From NCBI GenBank assembly GCA_045600045.1, contig JAZRXD010000044.1:5593-69592 (forward strand): DNA of 64,000 nt, read 5' to 3'. The translations under genes and the position numbers were made by a program. Shown one piece after another: positions 1 through 7,554 of this stretch. Numbering within the stretch: the first letter of the stretch is position 1; the number at the start of each line of letters is the position of its first letter. Below the pieces are notes generated by a model. It saw only the letters and a program-made list of their open reading frames with translations. It was not told where the DNA came from and ran no database searches. The DNA is from Bacteroidales bacterium. GTDB taxonomy: Bacteria > Bacteroidota > Bacteroidia > Bacteroidales > UBA1715.

Positions 1-1573
1 CTGGATTTTTCATAATCGCACGAGCAATGCAGAGTCGTTGACGTTGCCCGCCGGAAAGTTTATTTCCTTGATCTCCGATGTTCGTGTCGTAACCATTGTC
101 CATTTCCATGATGAAATCGTGTGCGTTTGCAAGTTTTGCTGCTTCAATCACTTTTTCTTTGTCGGGATTGTTGATACCAAACGCAATGTTATTGAAAACG
201 GTGTCGTTGAATAATAGAGATTCCTGTGTTACGATACCGATAAGTCCGCGTAGGTCGGCCAATTTATAATCGTTGATTGATAAGCCGTCGATTGTGATTT
301 CGCCTTGTTGTGGTTCGTAGAAGCGTGGAATCAAATTGGCGATTGTGGTTTTTCCCGAACCTGATTGCCCGACTAAGGCCACTGAAGTTCCTTTTGGAAT
401 TGAAAACGAAATGTTATTCAATATGGTTCGTTCGGAATTGTAGCCGAATGTTACGTTTTTGAATTCTATAGCATCGGAGAATGTTGTTATTGCTTTGGCA
501 TTTGGCTTTTCGTTGATTTTAGCATCGGCGTTGATAATCATTTCTATTCGGTCGATGCCGGCAGCACCTTGTTTTATATTGTAAAATGCTGCGGTGAACG
601 ATTTTGCCGGGCTTGCAACTTGCGTGAACGCAAGAATAAATGCAATGAATGCTTCGGCCGACATTCCTCCGTCTTTTGCGAGAACTAACGTACCGCCTAT
701 GTAGATTGCAACAGAAAGAATTATTACAATCAAAAAGTCGGTAAGTGGGTGAGCCAAGCTACTTTTTCGGTTTGCTCTGTTCATTTCGCGATAGTGCGCG
801 TCGCTTCTCGATTCGAATTTCGAACGCATTTGTTTTAATCCATTGAAGATTTTTACAACTTTCAGTCCCGAAAGTGTTTCGTCAATGTAAACCAATATAT
901 CGCCTTGCAATTGTTGTGTGCGGTTTGTCGATTTTTTTAGACTTTTTCCGATTTTTCCCGTTACAATTCCCATAAATGGCAACAAAATGAATACAATCAT
1001 TGTCATTTTGTAACTGATGATGACGATTCCGACAAAATATACCAATATGTACAATGGATTCTTGATTAGGTCGATGAACGAGTTCATACTAGTTCTCACA
1101 ATTGTGATATCGGAAGACATACGTGACATGATGTCGCCTTTTCGTTCGTTTGTGAAGAAAAATACAGGCAAATCAAGAATTTTGCGGTAAGCGATGTTGT
1201 AAATGTCGCGTGGAACGCCGTTTACAATAGGAATGTTGAAATATTTACCGAAATATTCGAAGAAATCTTTGAGGAATGTCACAATTATTAAAAATAGACA
1301 AATGAAAATTAAAGCAACAGATTTGTTCCATCGTTCAATTACAAGTGTCAAATAGTAGTTGAGATAAAGGAGCAGCGTGTCTTTGCTCATTACAAACGTT
1401 TCCGGCAATTCGTGTACTTGCTGCGTGTTGTCGAAAAGTACGTTTAAAAAAGGAATAATGGCAGCTATCATTCCAAAAGAAAAGATTGCACCAAAAAGAT
1501 TGAATATGAAAACTAATAAAAGATTCTTTTTATAATTTGATAGATATTTCCAGAGTTTTTTAAAATCGCTCAT
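1..1573 (-). CDS. MsbA-like ABC transporter, permease/ATP-binding protein (runs off the left edge)
   Basis: Read manually from ATG at 1573: MSDFKKLWKYLSNYKKNLLLVFIFNLFG..., several TM helices, Walker A ALVGQSGSGKTT, Q-loop GIVTQE, signature LSGGQRQRLCIARAI near the edge. Absent from the ORF track because no stop falls in the window. Confidence 0.93.
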   Translation of the reverse strand, partial: MSDFKKLWKYLSNYKKNLLLVFIFNLFGAIFSFGMIAAIIPFLNVLFDNTQQVHELPETFVMSKDTLLLYLNYYLTLVIERWNKSVALIFICLFLIIVTFLKDFFEYFGKYFNIPIVNGVPRDIYNIAYRKILDLPVFFFTNERKGDIMSRMSSDITIVRTSMNSFIDLIKNPLYILVYFVGIVIISYKMTMIVFILLPFMGIVTGKIGKSLKKSTNRTQQLQGDILVYIDETLSGLKVVKIFNGLKQMRSKFESRSDAHYREMNRANRKSSLAHPLTDFLIVIILSVAIYIGGTLVLAKDGGMSAEAFIAFILAFTQVASPAKSFTAAFYNIKQGAAGIDRIEMIINADAKINEKPNAKAITTFSDAIEFKNVTFGYNSERTILNNISFSIPKGTSVALVGQSGSGKTTIANLIPRFYEPQQGEITIDGLSINDYKLADLRGLIGIVTQESLLFNDTVFNNIAFGINNPDKEKVIEAAKLANAHDFIMEMDNGYDTNIGDQGNKLSGGQRQRLCIARAIMKNP

Positions 1574-1590
1574 TGTTAAAATAATTTTCG

Positions 1591-1598
1591 CAAAAATA
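1591..1598 (-). promoter_or_regulatory. Bacteroidota -7 promoter element (TATTTTTG) for the ABC transporter
   Basis: Matches TAnnTTTG, 18 nt upstream of the ATG. Confidence 0.55.
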
Positions 1599-1730
1599 CG
1601 ATTTTCCTTGTATTTACACTTCAGTTTGGCGGCCTAAATAATCATTAAGGTAATTGTTTGTAATTCGTTCATAATTTAAAAATGTCTTTTTCTTGTTTGC
1701 TTTTATATTAGCAAAAGAAAAATTAATGAA

Positions 1731-3452
1731 ATGATGCGTCGTAAAAAATCATTGCTTACGTTGCGTAAGTTGTTCGTTTTTATTGCTTTATCCGTTGTGA
1801 ATACGGTTGCTTTTTCACAAAGTTTTATATTTCCGATGGACTTGCGTCCAGTGTATTTGTCGGCAAATTTTGGAGAATTGCGTCCGAATCATTTTCATTC
1901 GGGAGTTGATATGAAAACAGATAAAGTAGAGGGAAAAATTGTCCGTGCTATTGATACAGGTTACGTTTCGCGAATTCAAATTTCACCTTGGGGCTACGGA
2001 CATGTGTTGTATGTGACGCATCCGAATGGTTATACTTCGGTTTATGCGCATTTGAAATCGTTCGAACCTTGCATTGATTCGGTTGTGAAAGCATATCAAT
2101 ACGAGAAAAAAGTGAATCAGTTTGATACACCAATAGAGGCTGGTAAATTGCCTGTTTCGCAAGGACAACAAATTGCTTTGTCAGGAAATACAGGCGGTTC
2201 GGGTGGGCCTCATCTCCATTTTGAAATTCGAAAAACCGAAAACCAGCACTCGTTGAATCCGATGATTTTTTATGATTTCCGTGATAATGTTTCTCCGAAA
2301 ATCCAGCGTATAGGCGTGTATCCAATGGATAGCAATAGTTTTGTGAACCACAAACAAAAAAAACAAATGTTTGACGTTGTTTCCAAAGGAAATGGCGTGT
2401 TTGTGATAAATTCTCCTGTTACGGTTTGGGGAAACATCGGTTTCTCTGTACAAGGTTACGATTATATGCCGGAAACAACGAACATTTATGGCTTTTATAC
2501 CGTTTCGTTGAGTTGCAATGGACAGACAATTTATTCGCGTACGATCGACGAAATTGATTTTGAAACAACTGCAGATATCAATAGCTTGATTGATTACGAA
2601 GAACGTTTGGCGACAAAACGTATGTATGAACGTTTGTTTGTTGACGAAAACAACGAACTAGACATTTATACGAAACTTGTGAATCGTGGAATTTACAAGA
2701 CAACCGATAGCGAATATGCAGAATGCGAAATTCGTGTGTCGGATTTTAAAAATAATATGGCTTCGGTTAAAATTAGTTTGAAACAGGATTTTGTTGATAC
2801 ACTTGATGTTAATAAATTGAAGTCGGAACAAAAATATAAATGTGCCGATTCGTTCGAATATTCAGCAGAAAAATTTCAATTTAAGGCAAAACCAAAGACT
2901 TTTTTCCGCGATTTCACGTTTAATGTGAATGTTGACACATCGAATGCGAAGAAACGATATTATTCGAACGTTTATTCGGTTGAAACTGACCAGGTTATAT
3001 TCAAAAAGGCGGCGGAAATAATTATTCCGTATTCTTTACCTGACAATTTGAAAGAAAAGGGTATAATTGAAAATTGTGTGAAACGTACTCCAATAACTAC
3101 AAAGTTTGATTCGGAAGGGTGCGCTCACGCATTTGTAAAAACGGGCGGAAAATTTGCTGTTGTGGTTGATACGGTTGCTCCAACAATAAAAATGACAATG
3201 GAAAACGGTGCGGATATGGGTGCAAAATCATATATTTTGTTTAAAATGGCGGATAATTATTCGGGGGTGGCAAAATATAATGCCTATATTGATGGACAAT
3301 GGAGCATATTGGATTTTGATGGAAAATCTGGCGCTGTATTCCTATGGTTCGATAACAATAAAATAGAAAAAGGAAAAACTCATACGTTGAAAATCGTGTT
3401 GGAGGATTTGTGCCACAATGTAACGGAGAAAGAATACTATTTTTATAGATAG
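1731..3452 (+). CDS. M23 family metallopeptidase, secreted
   Basis: HSGVD (HxxxD), YAHL, GNTGGSGGPHLHFEIR (HxH) motifs; signal peptide ending VAFS-Q. Confidence 0.92.
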   Translation: MMRRKKSLLTLRKLFVFIALSVVNTVAFSQSFIFPMDLRPVYLSANFGELRPNHFHSGVDMKTDKVEGKIVRAIDTGYVSRIQISPWGYGHVLYVTHPNGYTSVYAHLKSFEPCIDSVVKAYQYEKKVNQFDTPIEAGKLPVSQGQQIALSGNTGGSGGPHLHFEIRKTENQHSLNPMIFYDFRDNVSPKIQRIGVYPMDSNSFVNHKQKKQMFDVVSKGNGVFVINSPVTVWGNIGFSVQGYDYMPETTNIYGFYTVSLSCNGQTIYSRTIDEIDFETTADINSLIDYEERLATKRMYERLFVDENNELDIYTKLVNRGIYKTTDSEYAECEIRVSDFKNNMASVKISLKQDFVDTLDVNKLKSEQKYKCADSFEYSAEKFQFKAKPKTFFRDFTFNVNVDTSNAKKRYYSNVYSVETDQVIFKKAAEIIIPYSLPDNLKEKGIIENCVKRTPITTKFDSEGCAHAFVKTGGKFAVVVDTVAPTIKMTMENGADMGAKSYILFKMADNYSGVAKYNAYIDGQWSILDFDGKSGAVFLWFDNNKIEKGKTHTLKIVLEDLCHNVTEKEYYFYR

Positions 3453-3509
3453 GTTTTAGGGTTTATGGTTTAGAGTTATTTGTATTGTTTAATTAAAAAA
3501 TATTTTACT

Positions 3510-4217
3510 ATGGATAAATCAAGAATTTTAGCTGCACTTTTAATTATGTGCGGTTTCATTGGGTTGGGTTCGTTATTGAAAGCCGGAATTGAGAATTATG
3601 CTACAAAAGACAGTTTTGTTTCTGTAAAAGGTCTTTCGGAACGTGATGTTATGGCCGATAAAGTTGTGTGGCCAATTTCATTAAAAGATGCGGGCAACGA
3701 TTTGCTGGATTTGTATGAAAGTATGTCTACTAAAACTAACAAAGTTGTTGATTTCTTAAAACAAAATGGTATCGAACAGTCGGAAATAAGTCTTTCTGCA
3801 ACAACAGTTTACGATCGCCAAACAGAACGCTACGTTTCCGATAACATTCAAACTCGCTATCAAGTTTCAAAAGTGATTACGGTTACTTCGAATAAAGTTG
3901 ATTTGGTTCGTAATTTACTCTCTTCGCAAGAGCAATTGATGAAACAAGGAGTTGCCATAGCAGCAGGAGAGGCTTGGGAAGGAAATGCAATAAGTTATGA
4001 CTTCACTGGTTTGAATGAATTGAAACCCGAAATGGTTGAGGAAGCTACCCAAAACGCACGTGCGGTTGCTGAAAAATTTGCATTGGATTCAAAGTCGGAA
4101 TTGGGAAAAATTAAATATGCAAATCAAGGTCAATTTTCTGTTTACGATAGAGATTTCAACACACCATATATAAAGACGGTTCGTGTTGTTACAACTGTTG
4201 ATTACTATTTGAATTAA
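3510..4217 (+). CDS. SIMPL (DUF541) domain protein
   Basis: N-terminal TM helix, VSVKGLSERDVMAD, ATQNARAVAEKFA, ANQGQF, RVVTTVDY. Start moved to the ATG at 3510. Confidence 0.85.
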   Translation: MDKSRILAALLIMCGFIGLGSLLKAGIENYATKDSFVSVKGLSERDVMADKVVWPISLKDAGNDLLDLYESMSTKTNKVVDFLKQNGIEQSEISLSATTVYDRQTERYVSDNIQTRYQVSKVITVTSNKVDLVRNLLSSQEQLMKQGVAIAAGEAWEGNAISYDFTGLNELKPEMVEEATQNARAVAEKFALDSKSELGKIKYANQGQFSVYDRDFNTPYIKTVRVVTTVDYYLN

Positions 4218-4225
4218 GACTGTCA

Positions 4226-5125
4226 ATGTTTGATTTGACTCGTTGTGCACTTTGTCCACATAATTGTGGCGTTGACCGAAAATCGGGGAAAAAAGGTTTT
4301 TGTGGTTTAGATGCGGACTTGCATATTGCGAACATTAGTTTGCACAAAGGTGAAGAACCGATAGAAGGAAGCGAAAACGGTGTTTGTAATGTGTTTTTCT
4401 CGCATTGTAATTTGCGTTGTGCATATTGCCAGAATTTTCAAATTAGTCAGCCTGAAAAACCAATAAAACATGAGATTACCGATTATGAAGAGGCGGTGGC
4501 GAGAATCATTCAAATATTGGATAGGGATGTTCATTTTCTCGGTTTTGTCTCTCCAACAAGCCATATTCCGCATATGTTGGAGATTGTTGCACGGTTGCAT
4601 ACTCGCGGATATTTCCCCAAAATAATATACAACACAAATGGATACGAAAATGTTAACGTTCTCCGCAGGTTGGAATCGGTTGTGGATATTTATTTGCCTG
4701 ATTTTAAATATACTAACGATACGTTAGGTAAGACATTATCAGGTATAGAAAGGTATTCCGAGATTGCGATTTCGGCAATAAAGGAAATGTATCGCCAAAA
4801 ACGAAATGTTATTTCCGAAACCAATCCTGCATTGATTATTCGTCATTTAGTTTTGCCGAATAATGTGGAGAATAGTTTGCGTGCGTTGGAATTGATAGCA
4901 AACGAATGTTCCTCGGATGTGTATATCTCGTTAATGTCGCAATATTTTCCTGTGCATAAGGCGCTGAATGATAACACAATAAATCGTACGTTGACAAAAC
5001 AGGAATATGATTTAGTGCTGGATAAATTAGAAGATTGGGGTTTTGAAAACGGCTGGACACAATTGTTGGAAAGCAACGATTTTTATCAGCCAGATTTTGA
5101 TAAGGACAATCCGTTTGAAGGTTGA
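4226..5125 (+). CDS. Radical SAM protein (PflX-like)
   Basis: CNLRCAYC (CxxxCxxC), N-terminal CALCPHNC, HKGEEP, DIYLPDFKY, IIRHLVLP, SLMSQYFP. Confidence 0.88.
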   Translation: MFDLTRCALCPHNCGVDRKSGKKGFCGLDADLHIANISLHKGEEPIEGSENGVCNVFFSHCNLRCAYCQNFQISQPEKPIKHEITDYEEAVARIIQILDRDVHFLGFVSPTSHIPHMLEIVARLHTRGYFPKIIYNTNGYENVNVLRRLESVVDIYLPDFKYTNDTLGKTLSGIERYSEIAISAIKEMYRQKRNVISETNPALIIRHLVLPNNVENSLRALELIANECSSDVYISLMSQYFPVHKALNDNTINRTLTKQEYDLVLDKLEDWGFENGWTQLLESNDFYQPDFDKDNPFEG

Positions 5126-5131
5126 TATCAA

Positions 5132-5587
5132 TTAGAAACGACGTTTCGCACGATCCATGTCGCGTTTAGCGTCGCGTTCCTTCATGTCTTCGCGTTTGTC
5201 GAATTGTTTTTTACCTCGGGCGAGTGCTATGTCAACTTTTGCAAATCCGCGTTGATTGAGATACAAACTCAACACTATAATAGTAATTCCCTTGTCTTTC
5301 AGCTTTTCCTCCATTTTATTCAATTCGCGGCGATTGAGCAATAGTTTTCGCTCACGGTCGGGAATGTGGTTGTTGTAACTTCCGAAAGAATATTCCGAGA
5401 CGTGCATTCCTTTGCACCAAAGTTCATTGTTGTTGAAAAAGCAGAAAGCATCGGTTACGTTTGCTTTGCCGTCGCGGATTGATTTGATTTCCGTACCGGT
5501 TAAAACAATTCCAGCCGTATACGTTTGAATTGTTTCGTAGTCAAACGATGCCTTTTTGTTTTTTATGTAAATGTTTTTCTCTGCCAT
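5132..5587 (-). CDS. smpB: SsrA-binding protein
   Basis: [38 protein letters not shown]. Start at MAEK (5587). Confidence 0.97.
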   Translation of the reverse strand: MAEKNIYIKNKKASFDYETIQTYTAGIVLTGTEIKSIRDGKANVTDAFCFFNNNELWCKGMHVSEYSFGSYNNHIPDRERKLLLNRRELNKMEEKLKDKGITIIVLSLYLNQRGFAKVDIALARGKKQFDKREDMKERDAKRDMDRAKRRF

Positions 5588-5591
5588 TTTA

Positions 5592-5627
5592 TATCTTTGC
5601 AAAACGTTTGTTTGCGAGACAAAAATA
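5592..5627. promoter_or_regulatory. Divergent -7 elements for miaA (+, TATCTTTG 5592-5599) and smpB (-, TATTTTTG 5620-5627)
   Basis: Two TAnnTTTG matches in the 63-bp intergenic region. Confidence 0.5.
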
Positions 5628-5650
5628 GTATTTTTTCAGTTATTACAATA

Positions 5651-6586
5651 ATGTCTGACAATCTTCAAATTCTACCAGTGATAATTGGTCCTACGGCAAC
5701 AGGTAAGACTCGTCTTGCCGCTTTAGTTGCTGCTGAAATTAATGCGGAAGTGATTTGCGCCGATTCCCGTCAGGTATATCGTAATATGAATTTGGGAACG
5801 GGGAAGGATTATGAAGATTATCTTGTTGATGGTGAACAAGTTCCATATCATTTGATGGATATTGTCGATGCAGGAGAAAAATTTAATTTGTTTAAATTTT
5901 TCGATGCCTTCCAGGTCGTATATAAAGATATTGTAGAACGAGGAAAAAATCCATTAGTTTGTGGTGGAACGGGAATGTACGTTGAGTCAATCATCAAAAA
6001 TTATAATATGCACATGGTTCCCGAAGATGCGGAATTTAGAAAATCGTGCGAAATGCGTGATTTTGATGATTTAGTTGCCGAATTGAAAACGTACAAAGTT
6101 TTGCATAATACAACAGATTTTGATTCTAAAAAACGTTTGATTCGTGCATTGGAAATTGCTCGCCACGAAGCGGAACATCCTGCTGAATATCAGCAAAATA
6201 CGTGCGTATATAAACCTCTTACTATTGGTGTGTCTGTTTCTCGTGACGTAAGACGCAATCGTATTGCACAACGATTTAAAAAACGTTTGGAAGCTGGTAT
6301 GACAGACGAAGTGGAGCAATTATTGAAACAAGGTGTTCCTGCCGAAACTTTGATTTATTATGGTTTAGAATATAAATTTTTGACGTTATATGTAACAGGT
6401 CAAATATCCAAAGCTGAAATGGAGGAACAATTGCTAACAGCAATATGTCAGTTCGCAAAACGGCAGATGACTTGGTTTAGAGGAATGGAACGACGTGGAA
6501 TTGAAATAAAATGGATTGATGGTGAATTGCCAATGGAAGATAGGAAAGAAGCGGTTTTGGAGATTCTACGACAATATGGATTTTAA
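5651..6586 (+). CDS. miaA: tRNA dimethylallyltransferase
   Basis: GPTATGKT, DSRQVYR, GTGKD, CGGTGMY, FAKRQMTWFR. Start at MSDN (5651), since the upstream extension overlaps smpB. Confidence 0.95.
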   Translation: MSDNLQILPVIIGPTATGKTRLAALVAAEINAEVICADSRQVYRNMNLGTGKDYEDYLVDGEQVPYHLMDIVDAGEKFNLFKFFDAFQVVYKDIVERGKNPLVCGGTGMYVESIIKNYNMHMVPEDAEFRKSCEMRDFDDLVAELKTYKVLHNTTDFDSKKRLIRALEIARHEAEHPAEYQQNTCVYKPLTIGVSVSRDVRRNRIAQRFKKRLEAGMTDEVEQLLKQGVPAETLIYYGLEYKFLTLYVTGQISKAEMEEQLLTAICQFAKRQMTWFRGMERRGIEIKWIDGELPMEDRKEAVLEILRQYGF

Positions 6587-6597
6587 AATAGTTTGAT

Positions 6598-7491
6598 ATG
6601 ATTTACACGATAGGAGAAACGGTAATCGATATTATTTTTAAGAATATGCAACCGCAAGCGGCAAAAGTTGGCGGTTCTGCGTTGAATACATCGGTTAGTT
6701 TGGGACGATTGGGGAATGAAGTATCGTTTATTTCCGAAATAGGTAAGGATGAGTTGGGTGAGTGGTGTAAATCGTTTTTGCATGAAAACGGAATTGATAC
6801 AAGTCATTTAGTACAATATGTTGACAAAAAAACATCGTTGGCGTTGGCTTTCCTCAATGAAAAAAATGATGCGAATTATCAATTCTACAAGGAATTTACG
6901 GAGAATATGCAAGTTGATGATTTTTCGTTTTCTTCTTCTGATATTGTGCTATTTTCCTCTTCGTTTGCATTGAATGCCCGCGTTCGTAATAGTGTGGTGA
7001 ATTTGCTTAAAAAAGCTGAGACAGCAAGTGTTTTGGTTATGTACGATCCAAATATGAGAAAATCACTTGATCCAAAATCGCAGAAATATTTGTTTTTGAC
7101 TGAAAATTTGCATTTTGCCGATATTGTCCACATGTCTGACGAAGATGCTTCGGCAATTTTTGGAACATCCAATGTGGAGTCGGTTTATGCTGAATTAAAA
7201 AAATATGGCGTGCAGGTTTTGGTGTTCACTCAAAATAAGTTTGATGTGATTGTGAAAACTCCGCAATTTTCCGCTTCGTATCCTGTTCCTCAAATAAAAC
7301 CTGTAAGTACGATTGGCGCTGGGGACACATTTAATGCTGGCGTGTTGCATTGTTTTGCGAAAGCCAGTGTCGATAAAAATAATGTGGCGCAGTTGTCCGA
7401 AGATTTTTGGAATCAAACTATTCAGTTTGCCATTTCGTGTGCGGGAAAAGTTTGCCAGTCATTTGACAATTATTTGACAATAGAAAGGTGA
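6598..7491 (+). CDS. PfkB family carbohydrate kinase
   Basis: GETVID, GGSALN, YDPNMR, STIGAGDTFNAG. Confidence 0.9.
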   Translation: MIYTIGETVIDIIFKNMQPQAAKVGGSALNTSVSLGRLGNEVSFISEIGKDELGEWCKSFLHENGIDTSHLVQYVDKKTSLALAFLNEKNDANYQFYKEFTENMQVDDFSFSSSDIVLFSSSFALNARVRNSVVNLLKKAETASVLVMYDPNMRKSLDPKSQKYLFLTENLHFADIVHMSDEDASAIFGTSNVESVYAELKKYGVQVLVFTQNKFDVIVKTPQFSASYPVPQIKPVSTIGAGDTFNAGVLHCFAKASVDKNNVAQLSEDFWNQTIQFAISCAGKVCQSFDNYLTIER

Positions 7492-7515
7492 TAGTTGAAA
7501 ATTGACAATAGAAAA
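7474..7515 (+). repeat. Degenerate heptamer array (TTGACAA/TAGAAAG/GTGATAG/TTGAAAA/TTGACAA/TAGAAAA)
   Basis: 7-nt periodicity visible directly in the sequence. Confidence 0.55.
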
Positions 7516-7547
7516 AAAAGCGAATCAATTATTTGATTCGCTTTTTT
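7514..7547. terminator. Bidirectional intrinsic terminator between the pfkB gene and the LRR surface protein gene
   Basis: AAAAAAGCGAATCAA-TTAT-TTGATTCGCTTTTTT perfect hairpin between convergent genes. Confidence 0.85.
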
Positions 7548-7554
7548 ATAGCCC

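Noticed and set aside
5525-5650. N-terminal extensions in the ORF track (miaA; also batB 46007-46072, CDF 14114-14161, PagL-like 35752-35823)
   Set aside because: They overlap neighbouring genes, promoters or terminators; downstream starts fit the families better.
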